The position numbers and the translations under genes were made by a program. The notes beneath the pieces were generated by a model that was not told the origin of the DNA, did not search any database, and saw only the letters and a program-made list of their open reading frames with translations. Shown here in pieces: positions 19,438-28,776 of a DNA stretch of 64,000 bases; within the stretch, counting starts at the first letter, position 1; each line of letters begins with the position of its first letter. Origin of the DNA: Spirochaetia bacterium (GTDB lineage Bacteria; Spirochaetota; Spirochaetia; DSM-27196; Salinispiraceae); the NCBI GenBank assembly GCA_038204425.1, contig JBBRCZ010000006.1:64001-128000 (forward strand), written 5' to 3'.

Positions 19438-20550
19438 ATGACATGGTTTGAAATTTTTTGGGACAGTCTCGAGCGCCCAATTAGACTTGGCAATCAAGTC
19501 TTCGCTTTTTCTTGGTTGTCAATTATCGCAGAGTGGTTGTTGCCGGTAATCGTGCTCCTTTTTGTTTTTTTGTTTATCAACAAACGTATTGCCCGCGGCC
19601 TCAAGGCAAGCGGTCTGAGCGAAGAGCGCAAACCTAAGCTTATTAGAGCGGTAAAAATACTTTTTCGGGTAACCTGGGTTTTGATTTTGGTAGTGCTTTC
19701 GGCTCGGTTTTTGGAGTCAAGTATTCTTGGCTTCTTTACCAACGCTTACGAGATCATCTCTAGTCCATTTTACAAGAGCGCGGACACTCAAATATCAGTT
19801 TTTACACTGCTATTGATGATTCCAGTCTTCTATGGGGCGTACCTTCTCAGCAAGGCATCAAAACTCGCGATAGATCGAAGCAAATATTTTGCGGTCAATC
19901 TTGGCGAAGCCAGAAAAGGGACTATCTCAAATTTGGTGCGTTATGCTGTATTGGTCATTAGTGTTTTGGTTGGACTTTCGGTCTTGGGAGTTAACCTAAG
20001 TTCAATTTCGTTAATTCTGTTTGCACTTTTGGCGGCCTTATGCCTGGGAATGTTGCAAGTCTTGGTAAGCTTTTTTGCAGGCTTGGTCTTGGTCCTCAAT
20101 CGACCCTTTAGGGAAGGCGACTACATTTCGCTAATTCTTGCTGGCAAACAGATTGAAGGAACCGTCTTGCAAGTCCGCATGATTCATACCTTGGTTCAAA
20201 AGAGCGAGTCAGAGACCGTAGTAGTACCCAACTATCAACTCTTGCATCAAGCTGTAAACAATGCCAGCGTTAACCAAGGTAAGGCAGGTTTGAGTTTGAG
20301 TATCTTGATTGAGCACGAAAGCAACATCGCAACGGTTCGTCAGGTCCTGAGTGCCTTGGTTGGAGATTGTCCATTTTGGAACAAGAAAGACGAAGCAACT
20401 GTTCAGGTTGGCGATATTAGGCCAGAAGGCATACGAATTGATCTTTTTTTGCATCTTGAAGCAGCCAGTGATCACAGAAAGGCTCGCGCATGGCTCAACG
20501 AAGAAATTCTCAGCAGTTTTAGCAAAAAAGCAATCAGGCTTGCAAAGTAA
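19438..20550 (+). CDS. MscS-family small-conductance mechanosensitive channel
   Basis: Several TMs, then FFAGLVLVLNRPFREGDYI, EGTV, VVVPN; ATG 19438 after GGGAGA. Confidence 0.85.
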   Translation: MTWFEIFWDSLERPIRLGNQVFAFSWLSIIAEWLLPVIVLLFVFLFINKRIARGLKASGLSEERKPKLIRAVKILFRVTWVLILVVLSARFLESSILGFFTNAYEIISSPFYKSADTQISVFTLLLMIPVFYGAYLLSKASKLAIDRSKYFAVNLGEARKGTISNLVRYAVLVISVLVGLSVLGVNLSSISLILFALLAALCLGMLQVLVSFFAGLVLVLNRPFREGDYISLILAGKQIEGTVLQVRMIHTLVQKSESETVVVPNYQLLHQAVNNASVNQGKAGLSLSILIEHESNIATVRQVLSALVGDCPFWNKKDEATVQVGDIRPEGIRIDLFLHLEAASDHRKARAWLNEEILSSFSKKAIRLAK

Positions 20551-20585
20551 TATTTGCAAGCTGCTTTATTAAAGCTTCTTTGGTT

Positions 20586-21050
20586 CTATAGCGTGACGTC
20601 AGCGCCAACTAGTAATTCTTGAAGTTTTTTGTCAGTGCTACGGTCAATGATCGATTGCAGAGTGTTTTTGGTAAAGAACGAATTGACGTGGTCATTGGCC
20701 TCAACCCAAATGTCGTGCATAAGACACGAACTTGAGTTCTGACAAACGCTTACGCCCAAATCATCGCAACTTGTGCAAGGCGTAAGTTCTAGCCCTTCTT
20801 CTACCGCGTCAAAAATCATTTTGATGGTGATGGTACTTGGATCCTTGCTTATCAAAAACCCGCCCCCTGGGCCCCTTACGCTGTCGATGATACCCTTCTT
20901 TTTGAGCTTAAAAAAAATCTGTTCTAAAAACTCTGGTGATATCTCTTCTTCGGCGGCTATTATCTTAATTGCCTTTGGTTTGCCGCTTTTATTTAGTGCT
21001 AAGTTAGTGATAGCCAACATAGCGTAGCGTCCTTTGGTTGTAATTCGCAT
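20586..21050 (-). CDS. Rrf2-family transcription regulator with Cys cluster (IscR-like)
   Basis: MRITTKGRYA, FLEQIF, SVRGPGGGF, CTSC-x7-C-x5-CLMH. Confidence 0.92.
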   Translation of the reverse strand: MRITTKGRYAMLAITNLALNKSGKPKAIKIIAAEEEISPEFLEQIFFKLKKKGIIDSVRGPGGGFLISKDPSTITIKMIFDAVEEGLELTPCTSCDDLGVSVCQNSSSCLMHDIWVEANDHVNSFFTKNTLQSIIDRSTDKKLQELLVGADVTL

Positions 21051-21084
21051 AAAGCCGACCTTCTTGTTTCAGTTTTTTTGGAAG

Positions 21085-21115
21085 TATGAGTGTGTATTTT
21101 AGCATTTTACTCATA
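21085..21115. promoter_or_regulatory. Inverted repeat, candidate operator between the divergent rrf2 and STAS genes
   Basis: TATGAGT (21085-21091), 17-nt spacer, ACTCATA (21109-21115). Confidence 0.35.
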
Positions 21116-21218
21116 ATACGAATAGTATCCAGCCAGCGAGCGTTTTAAGTGCCTAGTAAACTGCAAGTCAAAAAAGAACTCTCTATCATGATGAAAAAAA
21201 ATAGGCTACAATAGTCTT

Positions 21219-21629
21219 ATGAAGAAGAATATCTTAACGGTCGAACGAGACACGGCTCTCGGTTCTCACCTCTCTGTCAGAGTTCGGCTTCTAAACGGAG
21301 CCTTGGGGGCTGTGTTGGACTGCTCGGGCTACCTCGACAATGAGAATACCCCAAAATTCTTGATTTTCTGTCGTGAAGTCTTTTTGGAAAAGAAGGTACT
21401 GGGACTTAATCTAGAAAGCCTAAGCTATATTTCTTCTACAGGTGTGGGGGCCTTTAGTTCACTCGGGCTTGAGGCTAGGCACGACCAGAAGCTGTTCTTC
21501 ATAACAGGGGTTCCCGATTCTATAAAAAAAGTACTTTCGGTGCTTGGCTTTAGAGATTTGATCAGAAACATAGACGATATAGAAGACTACGATTTTGGGC
21601 CACATTATGCGGCAAAATACAACCCATAA
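21219..21629 (+). CDS. STAS-domain anti-sigma-factor antagonist
   Basis: GYLD, LNLESLSYISSTGVG (phospho-acceptor Ser motif), IKKVLSVLGF. Confidence 0.85.
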   Translation: MKKNILTVERDTALGSHLSVRVRLLNGALGAVLDCSGYLDNENTPKFLIFCREVFLEKKVLGLNLESLSYISSTGVGAFSSLGLEARHDQKLFFITGVPDSIKKVLSVLGFRDLIRNIDDIEDYDFGPHYAAKYNP

Positions 21630-21680
21630 GATTGACCCATCTGGCGACATAGAGTAGAACGGTAGACACTCGAGGACGAT

Positions 21681-23180
21681 TTGGAAATTGAGCATAAACA
21701 ACCCAACATTTTTAACTCCCAAGAATCCGAAGCACTGATTGTAGAATTAAAGCAACGCGTCAAAGTCCTTAGTTCATTCATCCATCAATTGTCCTCTCTT
21801 GGCTTCTACGAAAGAAATACAAAAACGGGTGAGCTAACGCTCAATGATTTTTGGTTGTCTTGTGGATACGAGCCAGAAGACATACAAGGTGGCGTTTGGC
21901 TTGAACTAGTCCACCCTGACGATTTTTCTAAGGTCGCACAACTGTACAGTCAGGAACACCACAGTGGCAAGTTTGAGCTAGAGTATCGGGTTAGGGCCAA
22001 AGACGGCAGCTACCGTTGGGTACTCACTAAGGGCAACGTAGTCGGTCGAGATGAGCAAGGCAACCCCAATCATTACATCGGTATAGATGTCGATATGACC
22101 GAACGGCATGAGGCCGAGGAACAACTTCGCAATCAGACAGAAGAGGCCGAACAGCGCGCTTTGGAGTCCGACACCTTACGCATGGTTGGGGCAGTGGTTG
22201 CGGCTCAGATAGAGCCGAGCCAAGCAATAGTTCGTATTCTAGAACAAGCTGTGCAAGTTGTTCCTTATGAATTTGCAACCGTCTACCAGATTCGCAATGG
22301 TTCTTTAGTTGCTGTTGGTAGTGCGGCTTCCGACGGCCCGCGCTATGACCAAACCGAGGTGATAGAGTCGGGCGACAATGGCCCGCATGCCCAAGTGCTT
22401 ATCGACGGCCAAGTACTGGTTTTTAACAAAGTCGACGAGCTTTTTTCCGTTCGCACTGTTCAAAACACTGTCATCAAATCTTGGATGGGTGTGCCGCTTA
22501 TGATTCGAGGTGCCTCAACCGGTATGATGTGTTTTGAAAGCTCGTGGTCGGAGTTTTTTACTGATGTTCATGTGCGAATGGCGCTCGCCTTTGCAGACCA
22601 TGTGGCGGTAGCGATGGAAAATACTCGGCTGTATGAAGAAGTACGAAATCTTGCAATTACCGATGAGCTTACCGGTCTTTTGACGAGACGATGGATACAA
22701 GATTTTTCGGGGCGACTGTTAGAACAGGCCTACCGTAGTGCCAAAGACCTTAGTGTGCTCATGATTGATGTAGACCATTTTAAATCAGTAAATGACAACC
22801 TCGGCCACCAGTCTGGTGATGCAGTGCTCAAGACGGTTGCTACTATTTGCGCTAGCGCGCTACGCGCCGGTGATGTACTGTGCCGTTATGGTGGCGAAGA
22901 GTTCCTTGCAATCATGCCCAACACCAAACCAGATGCAGCTTTTCAAGTTGCTGAGCGTCTGCGTGAGTCGGTAATGCAAACTGAACTTGACGGCTATGCA
23001 CGACAAGTCACTATCTCGATCGGTGTAAGTTCATTAGGAGATCGAACCGTAGAAGGCTTAGCTGTCCTAATTGGGGAGGCTGACGCCGCGCTCTATCAAG
23101 CAAAACGACAAGGTCGTAACAGAACCGTGCAGTCCACCGGTGATCAACCGCGCAAGACTTTTCGCAAAATATCCATATAA
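21681..23180 (+). CDS. PAS-GAF-GGDEF diguanylate cyclase
   Basis: PAS (VHPDD, EYRVRAKDGSYRWV), GAF (SWMGVPL), DELTGL, DVDHFKSVND, I-site RAGD, RYGGEEF; TTG start after GAGGA. Confidence 0.93.
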   Translation: MEIEHKQPNIFNSQESEALIVELKQRVKVLSSFIHQLSSLGFYERNTKTGELTLNDFWLSCGYEPEDIQGGVWLELVHPDDFSKVAQLYSQEHHSGKFELEYRVRAKDGSYRWVLTKGNVVGRDEQGNPNHYIGIDVDMTERHEAEEQLRNQTEEAEQRALESDTLRMVGAVVAAQIEPSQAIVRILEQAVQVVPYEFATVYQIRNGSLVAVGSAASDGPRYDQTEVIESGDNGPHAQVLIDGQVLVFNKVDELFSVRTVQNTVIKSWMGVPLMIRGASTGMMCFESSWSEFFTDVHVRMALAFADHVAVAMENTRLYEEVRNLAITDELTGLLTRRWIQDFSGRLLEQAYRSAKDLSVLMIDVDHFKSVNDNLGHQSGDAVLKTVATICASALRAGDVLCRYGGEEFLAIMPNTKPDAAFQVAERLRESVMQTELDGYARQVTISIGVSSLGDRTVEGLAVLIGEADAALYQAKRQGRNRTVQSTGDQPRKTFRKISI

Positions 23181-24043
23181 CTAACTACGCCGATAATTTT
23201 TTGGCCATCGAGTACCGGGATTTGCCGTTTGCGAGTTTTGGTAAACGTAAATACTGCTTCAACTATCGATGTTTGACTGGTAAAACTATTGGTGGGCACA
23301 TCCATAATTTCATTGGCAAGTATTTTTTCCTCTTTGGCCAACAGTTCTTCCATTGGTTCAAAAGTCTTTAGAAAATTTATATTGCCAATCATTTGAGCGT
23401 AGTTGGGAATGCCAAGGTTGAGAATCTCAAGTACTGTAATCTCGCCTTGAAAAACATTGTCGTTTCCAATTACGGGTACAAAGCTGATGGACTTTTCGGC
23501 CATTAGGTCAATCACCTGTTTGATTGGGGTATCTGGGGTGACTGAATACATTTCATGAGTCATAATCTGCTCTATAGTTAGTTCTGTCTTTACTTCAATA
23601 TTTTGGCTCTGGATGCTGCTAATTACTTCTTGCGCACTGGAAAGTAGACCGAGACTTTCAAAAACTGCCGTATTCTTTGAAAGTTTGACAAAAGAGGCCA
23701 AGCAGTTGAGGTAGAGGTTGGAAGTTGTCTTTGACGTTAGAATGAGGACTACCATGCGAATTAAGACACCATTATCCATAAAGGGTGCAGCAGGTATGGC
23801 AATGCCGATCAATATATCGTTAAACAAATCAATACGAGCATGCGGAATAGCGATGCCAGTAGCAAAGGTGGTTCCACCCAGTGTCTCGCGTTCAGCAATT
23901 GCGGCCGTGAGGTCTTGGTGAGGGATCTGAAAATGGTAACGAGCAAACATTTCGCCCAAAAGCAAGCTAGTAAGTTCAGTTCTACTTTCTGACTTGACCT
24001 TGACTTTGATATACTCTGGATCCAGAAGACTGGATAGTTGCAT
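23144..24043 (-). CDS. PTS EIIA(Ntr/Fru)-like domain fused to a CBS pair
   Basis: ERETLGGT, GIAIPHAR (phospho-His), then IMT-x..V.PDT and RQIPVLD...IIGVVS CBS motifs; ATG 24043 after GGAGG. Confidence 0.88.
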   Translation of the reverse strand: MQLSSLLDPEYIKVKVKSESRTELTSLLLGEMFARYHFQIPHQDLTAAIAERETLGGTTFATGIAIPHARIDLFNDILIGIAIPAAPFMDNGVLIRMVVLILTSKTTSNLYLNCLASFVKLSKNTAVFESLGLLSSAQEVISSIQSQNIEVKTELTIEQIMTHEMYSVTPDTPIKQVIDLMAEKSISFVPVIGNDNVFQGEITVLEILNLGIPNYAQMIGNINFLKTFEPMEELLAKEEKILANEIMDVPTNSFTSQTSIVEAVFTFTKTRKRQIPVLDGQKIIGVVSYMDILRKVLRG

Positions 24044-24171
24044 GGATTCCTCCGCAATTATTGTAGGCATGGGAAGGTTCAATCAGTCAACACATTGCTT
24101 AACAAATTGCTCCAATAGAAGCTGATTTGTCATAGTATCTTAACAATCTCCAATGCAGTTTTAATTTACTC

Positions 24172-24200
24172 TTGCCTAAGAAAACCCAAATCAATACAGT
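24172..24200 (+). promoter_or_regulatory. sigma70 promoter, probably leaderless (malY/patB)
   Basis: TTGCCT-17-TACAGT, then 6 nt to GTG 24207; no SD. Confidence 0.55.
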
Positions 24201-24206
24201 CCTAGT

Positions 24207-25397
24207 GTGAAACAATACATAAGTCAGGACTTTGATAGACGAGCTCTGGGTGGCATGAAATGGCACTTGTCCCGAGAACAAGAATTGCCCCTATGGGTCG
24301 CGGATATGGATTTTAAGGTGCCTCCAACAGTTGTGAGCGGACTTCAAAAGCGAGTTGCAGGGGCTTTCTATCCCTATACCTATGCATGGCCTAGCATACG
24401 CGAAGCCTTTGCTAGCTGGTGCAAAACCAATCAAAAGTGGGACCCTTTACAAGGGGATTTCTTGCTCGCACCAGGTCTCTTGACGGCGCTTATGGCAGCT
24501 CTTCAGGCTTACACAGCCGTAGGCGAAGGAGTCATCGTACAGGCGCCAGTATACGGGCCATTTTTTTCTATTCCCAAGCGATTAGGGCGCACGCTCATGG
24601 TCAACCAGCTCCTGGCTTCTGAAACACAAGCGCACGGCCAATTTAGCTATCAAATTGATTTTGAAGACTTTGAAAAGCACTGCCGAGCTGGCGCTAAAGC
24701 TTTTGTACTGTGCTCACCACACAACCCGGTTGGCCGGGTCTGGACACAAAGCGAGCTGCAAACTCTGGGTGAGCTCTGTAGGCGTTATAAACTGTGGCTG
24801 ATTGTGGATGAGATCCATGCCGACATGATTGCCGAAGGCCAGCAATTTGTTGCAAGCGCCCACATGCTCGCAGAGGGTCTGTTTGACGCCCAACGAACCT
24901 TGGTTCTCCAGGCTCCTTCCAAAACTTTTAACATACCAGGCATCGGTTGCGGTTTGGCTTGGTCTTTGGCGATGGAGCCTGTGCGAGAACTTAGGGCTTG
25001 CCTTTCGGACTTGTCGATGGGCTCGATCAACATTCTTGCTATGAATGCCTGCGAAAACGCCTATCTCAATGGACAAGCTTGGTTTGATGAAGTCAAACAA
25101 GTGGTGGACCAAAATGCAAATATGCTTTCTGCTCATCAGCTTGAGGCTTGGCCCAATCTGCGTATAGCTCATCGAGAAGGTAGTTTTTTGACTTGGATTG
25201 ATTGTAAGAGACAGATGGAAAAAGTCGGTATGGAAGATGAGCAATGGAACCGTCACATTAGAGAGAAGGCTAAGGTCTTTTTGAGCCCTGGCACGTACTT
25301 TGGTATCGGTGGTGAGGGCCACGTGAGGTTAAATCTGGGCTGTACCGAGGCGAACTTGCTCCAAGCCTTGGCACGCCTCGATCGGGTATTTTCCTAA
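24207..25397 (+). CDS. MalY/PatB-family PLP cystathionine beta-lyase-like enzyme
   Basis: LPLWVADMDF, LCSPHNPVGRVW, DEIHAD, APSKTFNIPG, FLTWID, VRLNLGC. Confidence 0.9.
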   Translation: MKQYISQDFDRRALGGMKWHLSREQELPLWVADMDFKVPPTVVSGLQKRVAGAFYPYTYAWPSIREAFASWCKTNQKWDPLQGDFLLAPGLLTALMAALQAYTAVGEGVIVQAPVYGPFFSIPKRLGRTLMVNQLLASETQAHGQFSYQIDFEDFEKHCRAGAKAFVLCSPHNPVGRVWTQSELQTLGELCRRYKLWLIVDEIHADMIAEGQQFVASAHMLAEGLFDAQRTLVLQAPSKTFNIPGIGCGLAWSLAMEPVRELRACLSDLSMGSINILAMNACENAYLNGQAWFDEVKQVVDQNANMLSAHQLEAWPNLRIAHREGSFLTWIDCKRQMEKVGMEDEQWNRHIREKAKVFLSPGTYFGIGGEGHVRLNLGCTEANLLQALARLDRVFS

Positions 25398-25417
25398 AAG
25401 ACAGTGTAAGCGATAGC

Positions 25418-26374
25418 TTAGGTGATGCCTTTTTCAGAAAGCCAACGTTCGGCATCTAGGGCAGCCATGCAACCCGAACCAGCAGCGCTTATGGCCTGTC
25501 TGTACACATGGTCCTTAACATCACCTGCTGCAAAGACACCTTGTAGCGAAGTATGCGTGCTGTCCGCCTTGGTAATAAGATAGCCAGTTTCGTCACAGGA
25601 TAATTGACCCTTGAGAAATGCCGTGTTTGGTTGGTGACCGATCGCAAAAAACAACCCTGACGCTTCAATAAGAACTTCGCGGCCGTCTAGGTTGTTTTTC
25701 GTCTTTACCCCAGTTAGCATTTTTTCTCCGACAGCCTCGGTGGCTTCGGTGTTCCATCGAACTTCAATCTTGCTGTTGGCAAAAGTCCTTTCTTGCATTG
25801 TTTTACTGGCCCTTAAACTGTCTCGGCGCACCAAGAGGATCACTTGGCTGCCAAACTTTGAAAGGTAGTTGGCCTCTTCGCAGGCGGTGTCACCACCACC
25901 AATAACAACAAGAGGCTTGTTGCGAAAAGCGGGCAAGCCACCGTCACAAACAGCACAGGCTGAGATTCCTCGCTGCCAGTATTGGTCTTCGCCTTTAATT
26001 AAGAGCCTTTTTGCCGTAGCTCCCGTCGCAATAATGACTGCGTGCGCAAAGTACTCTCCAGAATCGGCTACTATCTTTTTGGGACTCACGCTTAAGTCCA
26101 CTTCATGAACGGTCTCGGTGAGAACTCTCGTGCCAGATTTGATTGATTGTTCTCGCATTTTTTCCATCAACTCTGGCCCTTGAATGCCATCAGGAAAGCC
26201 GGGAAAGTTCTCTACTTCGGTTGTTGTAGTGAGTTGGCCACCCGCAGCCACACCACCGGCCATAAAGCCCTCAAACATTAAGGGCATGAGTTGGGCCCGC
26301 GCGGCATAGATGCCCGCAGTGTGCGCGGCTGGGCCAGAACCAATGATAATTAGACGCTCAACTTCGTTTGCCAT
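25418..26374 (-). CDS. trxB: Thioredoxin-disulfide reductase
   Basis: [63 protein letters not shown]. Confidence 0.97.
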   Translation of the reverse strand: MANEVERLIIIGSGPAAHTAGIYAARAQLMPLMFEGFMAGGVAAGGQLTTTTEVENFPGFPDGIQGPELMEKMREQSIKSGTRVLTETVHEVDLSVSPKKIVADSGEYFAHAVIIATGATAKRLLIKGEDQYWQRGISACAVCDGGLPAFRNKPLVVIGGGDTACEEANYLSKFGSQVILLVRRDSLRASKTMQERTFANSKIEVRWNTEATEAVGEKMLTGVKTKNNLDGREVLIEASGLFFAIGHQPNTAFLKGQLSCDETGYLITKADSTHTSLQGVFAAGDVKDHVYRQAISAAGSGCMAALDAERWLSEKGIT

Positions 26375-26465
26375 AAAAAACTCCTGAAACCTTGGTCAGT
26401 TAGAATATGACTGGATTGAATGTTTGTGGCAAGTCAAAACGTGACACGCCCACTATGCAGAAGCA

Positions 26466-26867
26466 TTAATCAGGCTCACCAAACCTTCGGGTAAAGTGGA
26501 TGCTGCGACCACCGTCTTCCCAATGATGCTCGCTGGCAAACTCGTCAAAGATAAAAAACCCATGCCCTCGCTCGCCGCCAATTTTTCTTTCTGCCATTAC
26601 TCGAGCAAGGTCAAACCCTTGTCCGCTGTCGCTTACAACTGCCAGCCAGTGATCATCAAATAGGCGAATATCAATACTAATACACTGCCGTGGGTCAAAT
26701 AAGCCACCGTGTTCAATCGCGTTTTCGACTGCCTCTCTGAAGAGCAGTTCTATAGCGAAGCGGTCGGCACGGTTCTTAATCAAGGACAAATGCTCTTTGA
26801 GCGTAGCAAAGAATGCTTCGGCTTCCATTGAGCTCGCTTGTATGATAAAAGAAATTGCTTGTTCCAT
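26466..26867 (-). CDS. RsbW/SpoIIAB-like anti-sigma ATP-binding Ser kinase (HATPase_c)
   Basis: N-box EAVENAIEHG, G1 DSGQGFD, G2 ERGHGFFI. Confidence 0.82.
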   Translation of the reverse strand: MEQAISFIIQASSMEAEAFFATLKEHLSLIKNRADRFAIELLFREAVENAIEHGGLFDPRQCISIDIRLFDDHWLAVVSDSGQGFDLARVMAERKIGGERGHGFFIFDEFASEHHWEDGGRSIHFTRRFGEPD

Positions 26868-26988
26868 AATTATAGCTAAAAGTATCGTGCACTGCTGTCT
26901 AAACTTCCAGAAAAACGCGTTTAAATTTCACCTATAGACTAAAAAAGTCCAAACCAGACAATGTCTTCCAAACTGTACTTTGTTTACC

Positions 26989-27017
26989 TTGCAGTCTGGT
27001 GGGTGTCGGGTTAGAAT
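26989..27017 (+). promoter_or_regulatory. sigma70 promoter, probably leaderless (ProRS paralogue)
   Basis: TTGCAG-17-TAGAAT, then 7 nt to ATG 27025; no SD. Confidence 0.6.
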
Positions 27018-27024
27018 GAACACA

Positions 27025-28770
27025 ATGAAGGCGTCTCTGCTATTTCTACCTATCAAATCTAAAGCTCCGAGTGTGGCTCTACCCTCTCTAACGCAACTCT
27101 TAACCGATGGTGGTTATATTCGTAGCATCGGTGATGGTCTCTACGCTTTTTTACCGCTTGGTATGCTTGTTTTGCAAAGCATAATCCAATTGATCCGCAC
27201 CGAGCTCAAAAGGCTCGGTGGTCAAGAAATCTTATTGCCAATGGTGAGCCCAATGCCACTATTGGAAGCCACAGGGCAGGATCAAATTCTGGGGAGTGAG
27301 CTGCTTACTCTAAAAGATAGCAAAGACCGAATCTTGGCTATCGCTCCTTCACACGATGCGCCCATGCTGGAACTTTTAAAGGGTGTCTTGCATTCGAGCT
27401 GGCAATTGCCGGCCTACTTTTTCCAGATCCAAGCCAAGGCCAAAGACGACCTCAGCCTTGGAAGTGCAGAAGCAGGCTTTTTGGCGCCGCGCGAATACTT
27501 GATGAATGATTCATTTAGCGTTCATCAAAGCTTTACGCAACTAAACAACTTTATTCCAAAGATTTACGGTGCGTTTAGACGCATATTTACGCTTTGTGGC
27601 CTGGAGCCCTTAGTATCAGAAGGTGCTCCGAGTGATCCTTTTGGCTTGCACAGTCATGATTTTATTGTGCTGGACAAGCACGGTGATTATCGGGTGGTAG
27701 TTTGTGAACAATGCCACTATATTGCCGACCAAAGGCTGGCAGTTGGCTTGTCCAAGATTAGCTGTCACCGCCCCTTGCCCCTCGAGCGTGGATCAAAGAC
27801 GGCGACGCATTGTTTGGGGGATCTTTTGAGGGAGCTGGGGTTTGCCACAAGTCAATTGGCGCTTGCTCATGTTTACAGTGCCCAAAAAGGCTTTGTGATG
27901 GCTGTTGCAAGAGCAGATCAGGCCATTAGTCGGGTCAAATTGAGTAGAATTTTGGGTGAGCCCATTTTTCAAGCCCTTGATGCGTCTGCACTGGAATCCT
28001 TGGACCTCTGTCCAGGTTTTATGTCGCCAATGGGTTTGGATCTGCAAGATACGCTGTCGTATGGATTAAGGATAGTAGTAGACAAGTCGGTTGCAGAGAC
28101 ACCTAATCTACTGATTGGTGCTAACCTGTCCGGTGAGTACTGGGTCAACAGCAATTTTGGTCGGGACTACGAAGCACATCTGGTTGGTGACATTGCTGTT
28201 GTTGATGAACGCCAACGCTGTTATCACTGTGGTGGTGAGCTTAAAGTATATGAGGCAATCAAGATTGCCTCTATTGATCGTGTCAATGATATGCACTCGC
28301 GCGCTCTGTCATTGTTGGTCAAAGACGACAAGGGTACTTTGATTCCCCCTTGCATGGGATTTTACGGTTTGAGTATCACGCGACTTTTGGGAGCGGTGGC
28401 CTTAAGCTACCGGGACGAACGAGGGCTTCGTTGGCCATTGCAAGTTACTCCTTACAAAGCGGTGCTTCAAGTTGTAGGAAAGAATTTTCGACTTCAGCTT
28501 CTTGCCCAAGAAATCCATGACTCGCTAGGCGAGCATCTACTGTGGGATGACAGGCCGATTTCATTCTCGCAAAAATGTCTCGACGCTGATAGAATGGGCA
28601 TTTCTATGCGGATAATCATTTCTACGGCAAGTCTCGCAGATCGAAGTGTTATGATTCTGTCACGAACCGGTACATTGAGGAAGCGTGTCACTTTTCATAC
28701 CGTTAGGTCGGTTTTGATGGAGTACTGGAGGCTCGAGCGTGAGGCCCACGGACTACACGAAGAGGTATAA
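27025..28770 (+). CDS. Prolyl-tRNA synthetase paralogue (bacterial-type architecture with INS domain), active site degenerate
   Basis: Colinear with ProS: MKASLLF, GLYAFLPLG, QLPAYFFQIQ, REYLMND, SHDF, GANLSGEY..N.NFGRD, MGFYGLSITRLL, DERGLRWP, WDDR; catalytic motifs altered (see findings). Confidence 0.85.
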   Translation: MKASLLFLPIKSKAPSVALPSLTQLLTDGGYIRSIGDGLYAFLPLGMLVLQSIIQLIRTELKRLGGQEILLPMVSPMPLLEATGQDQILGSELLTLKDSKDRILAIAPSHDAPMLELLKGVLHSSWQLPAYFFQIQAKAKDDLSLGSAEAGFLAPREYLMNDSFSVHQSFTQLNNFIPKIYGAFRRIFTLCGLEPLVSEGAPSDPFGLHSHDFIVLDKHGDYRVVVCEQCHYIADQRLAVGLSKISCHRPLPLERGSKTATHCLGDLLRELGFATSQLALAHVYSAQKGFVMAVARADQAISRVKLSRILGEPIFQALDASALESLDLCPGFMSPMGLDLQDTLSYGLRIVVDKSVAETPNLLIGANLSGEYWVNSNFGRDYEAHLVGDIAVVDERQRCYHCGGELKVYEAIKIASIDRVNDMHSRALSLLVKDDKGTLIPPCMGFYGLSITRLLGAVALSYRDERGLRWPLQVTPYKAVLQVVGKNFRLQLLAQEIHDSLGEHLLWDDRPISFSQKCLDADRMGISMRIIISTASLADRSVMILSRTGTLRKRVTFHTVRSVLMEYWRLEREAHGLHEEV

Positions 28771-28776
28771 AACACA

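Noticed and set aside
24714..25322. 202-aa antisense ORF, and many other 60-160-aa shadow ORFs
   Set aside because: They lie within well-supported genes, on the opposite strand or in another frame, with no motifs or initiation signals
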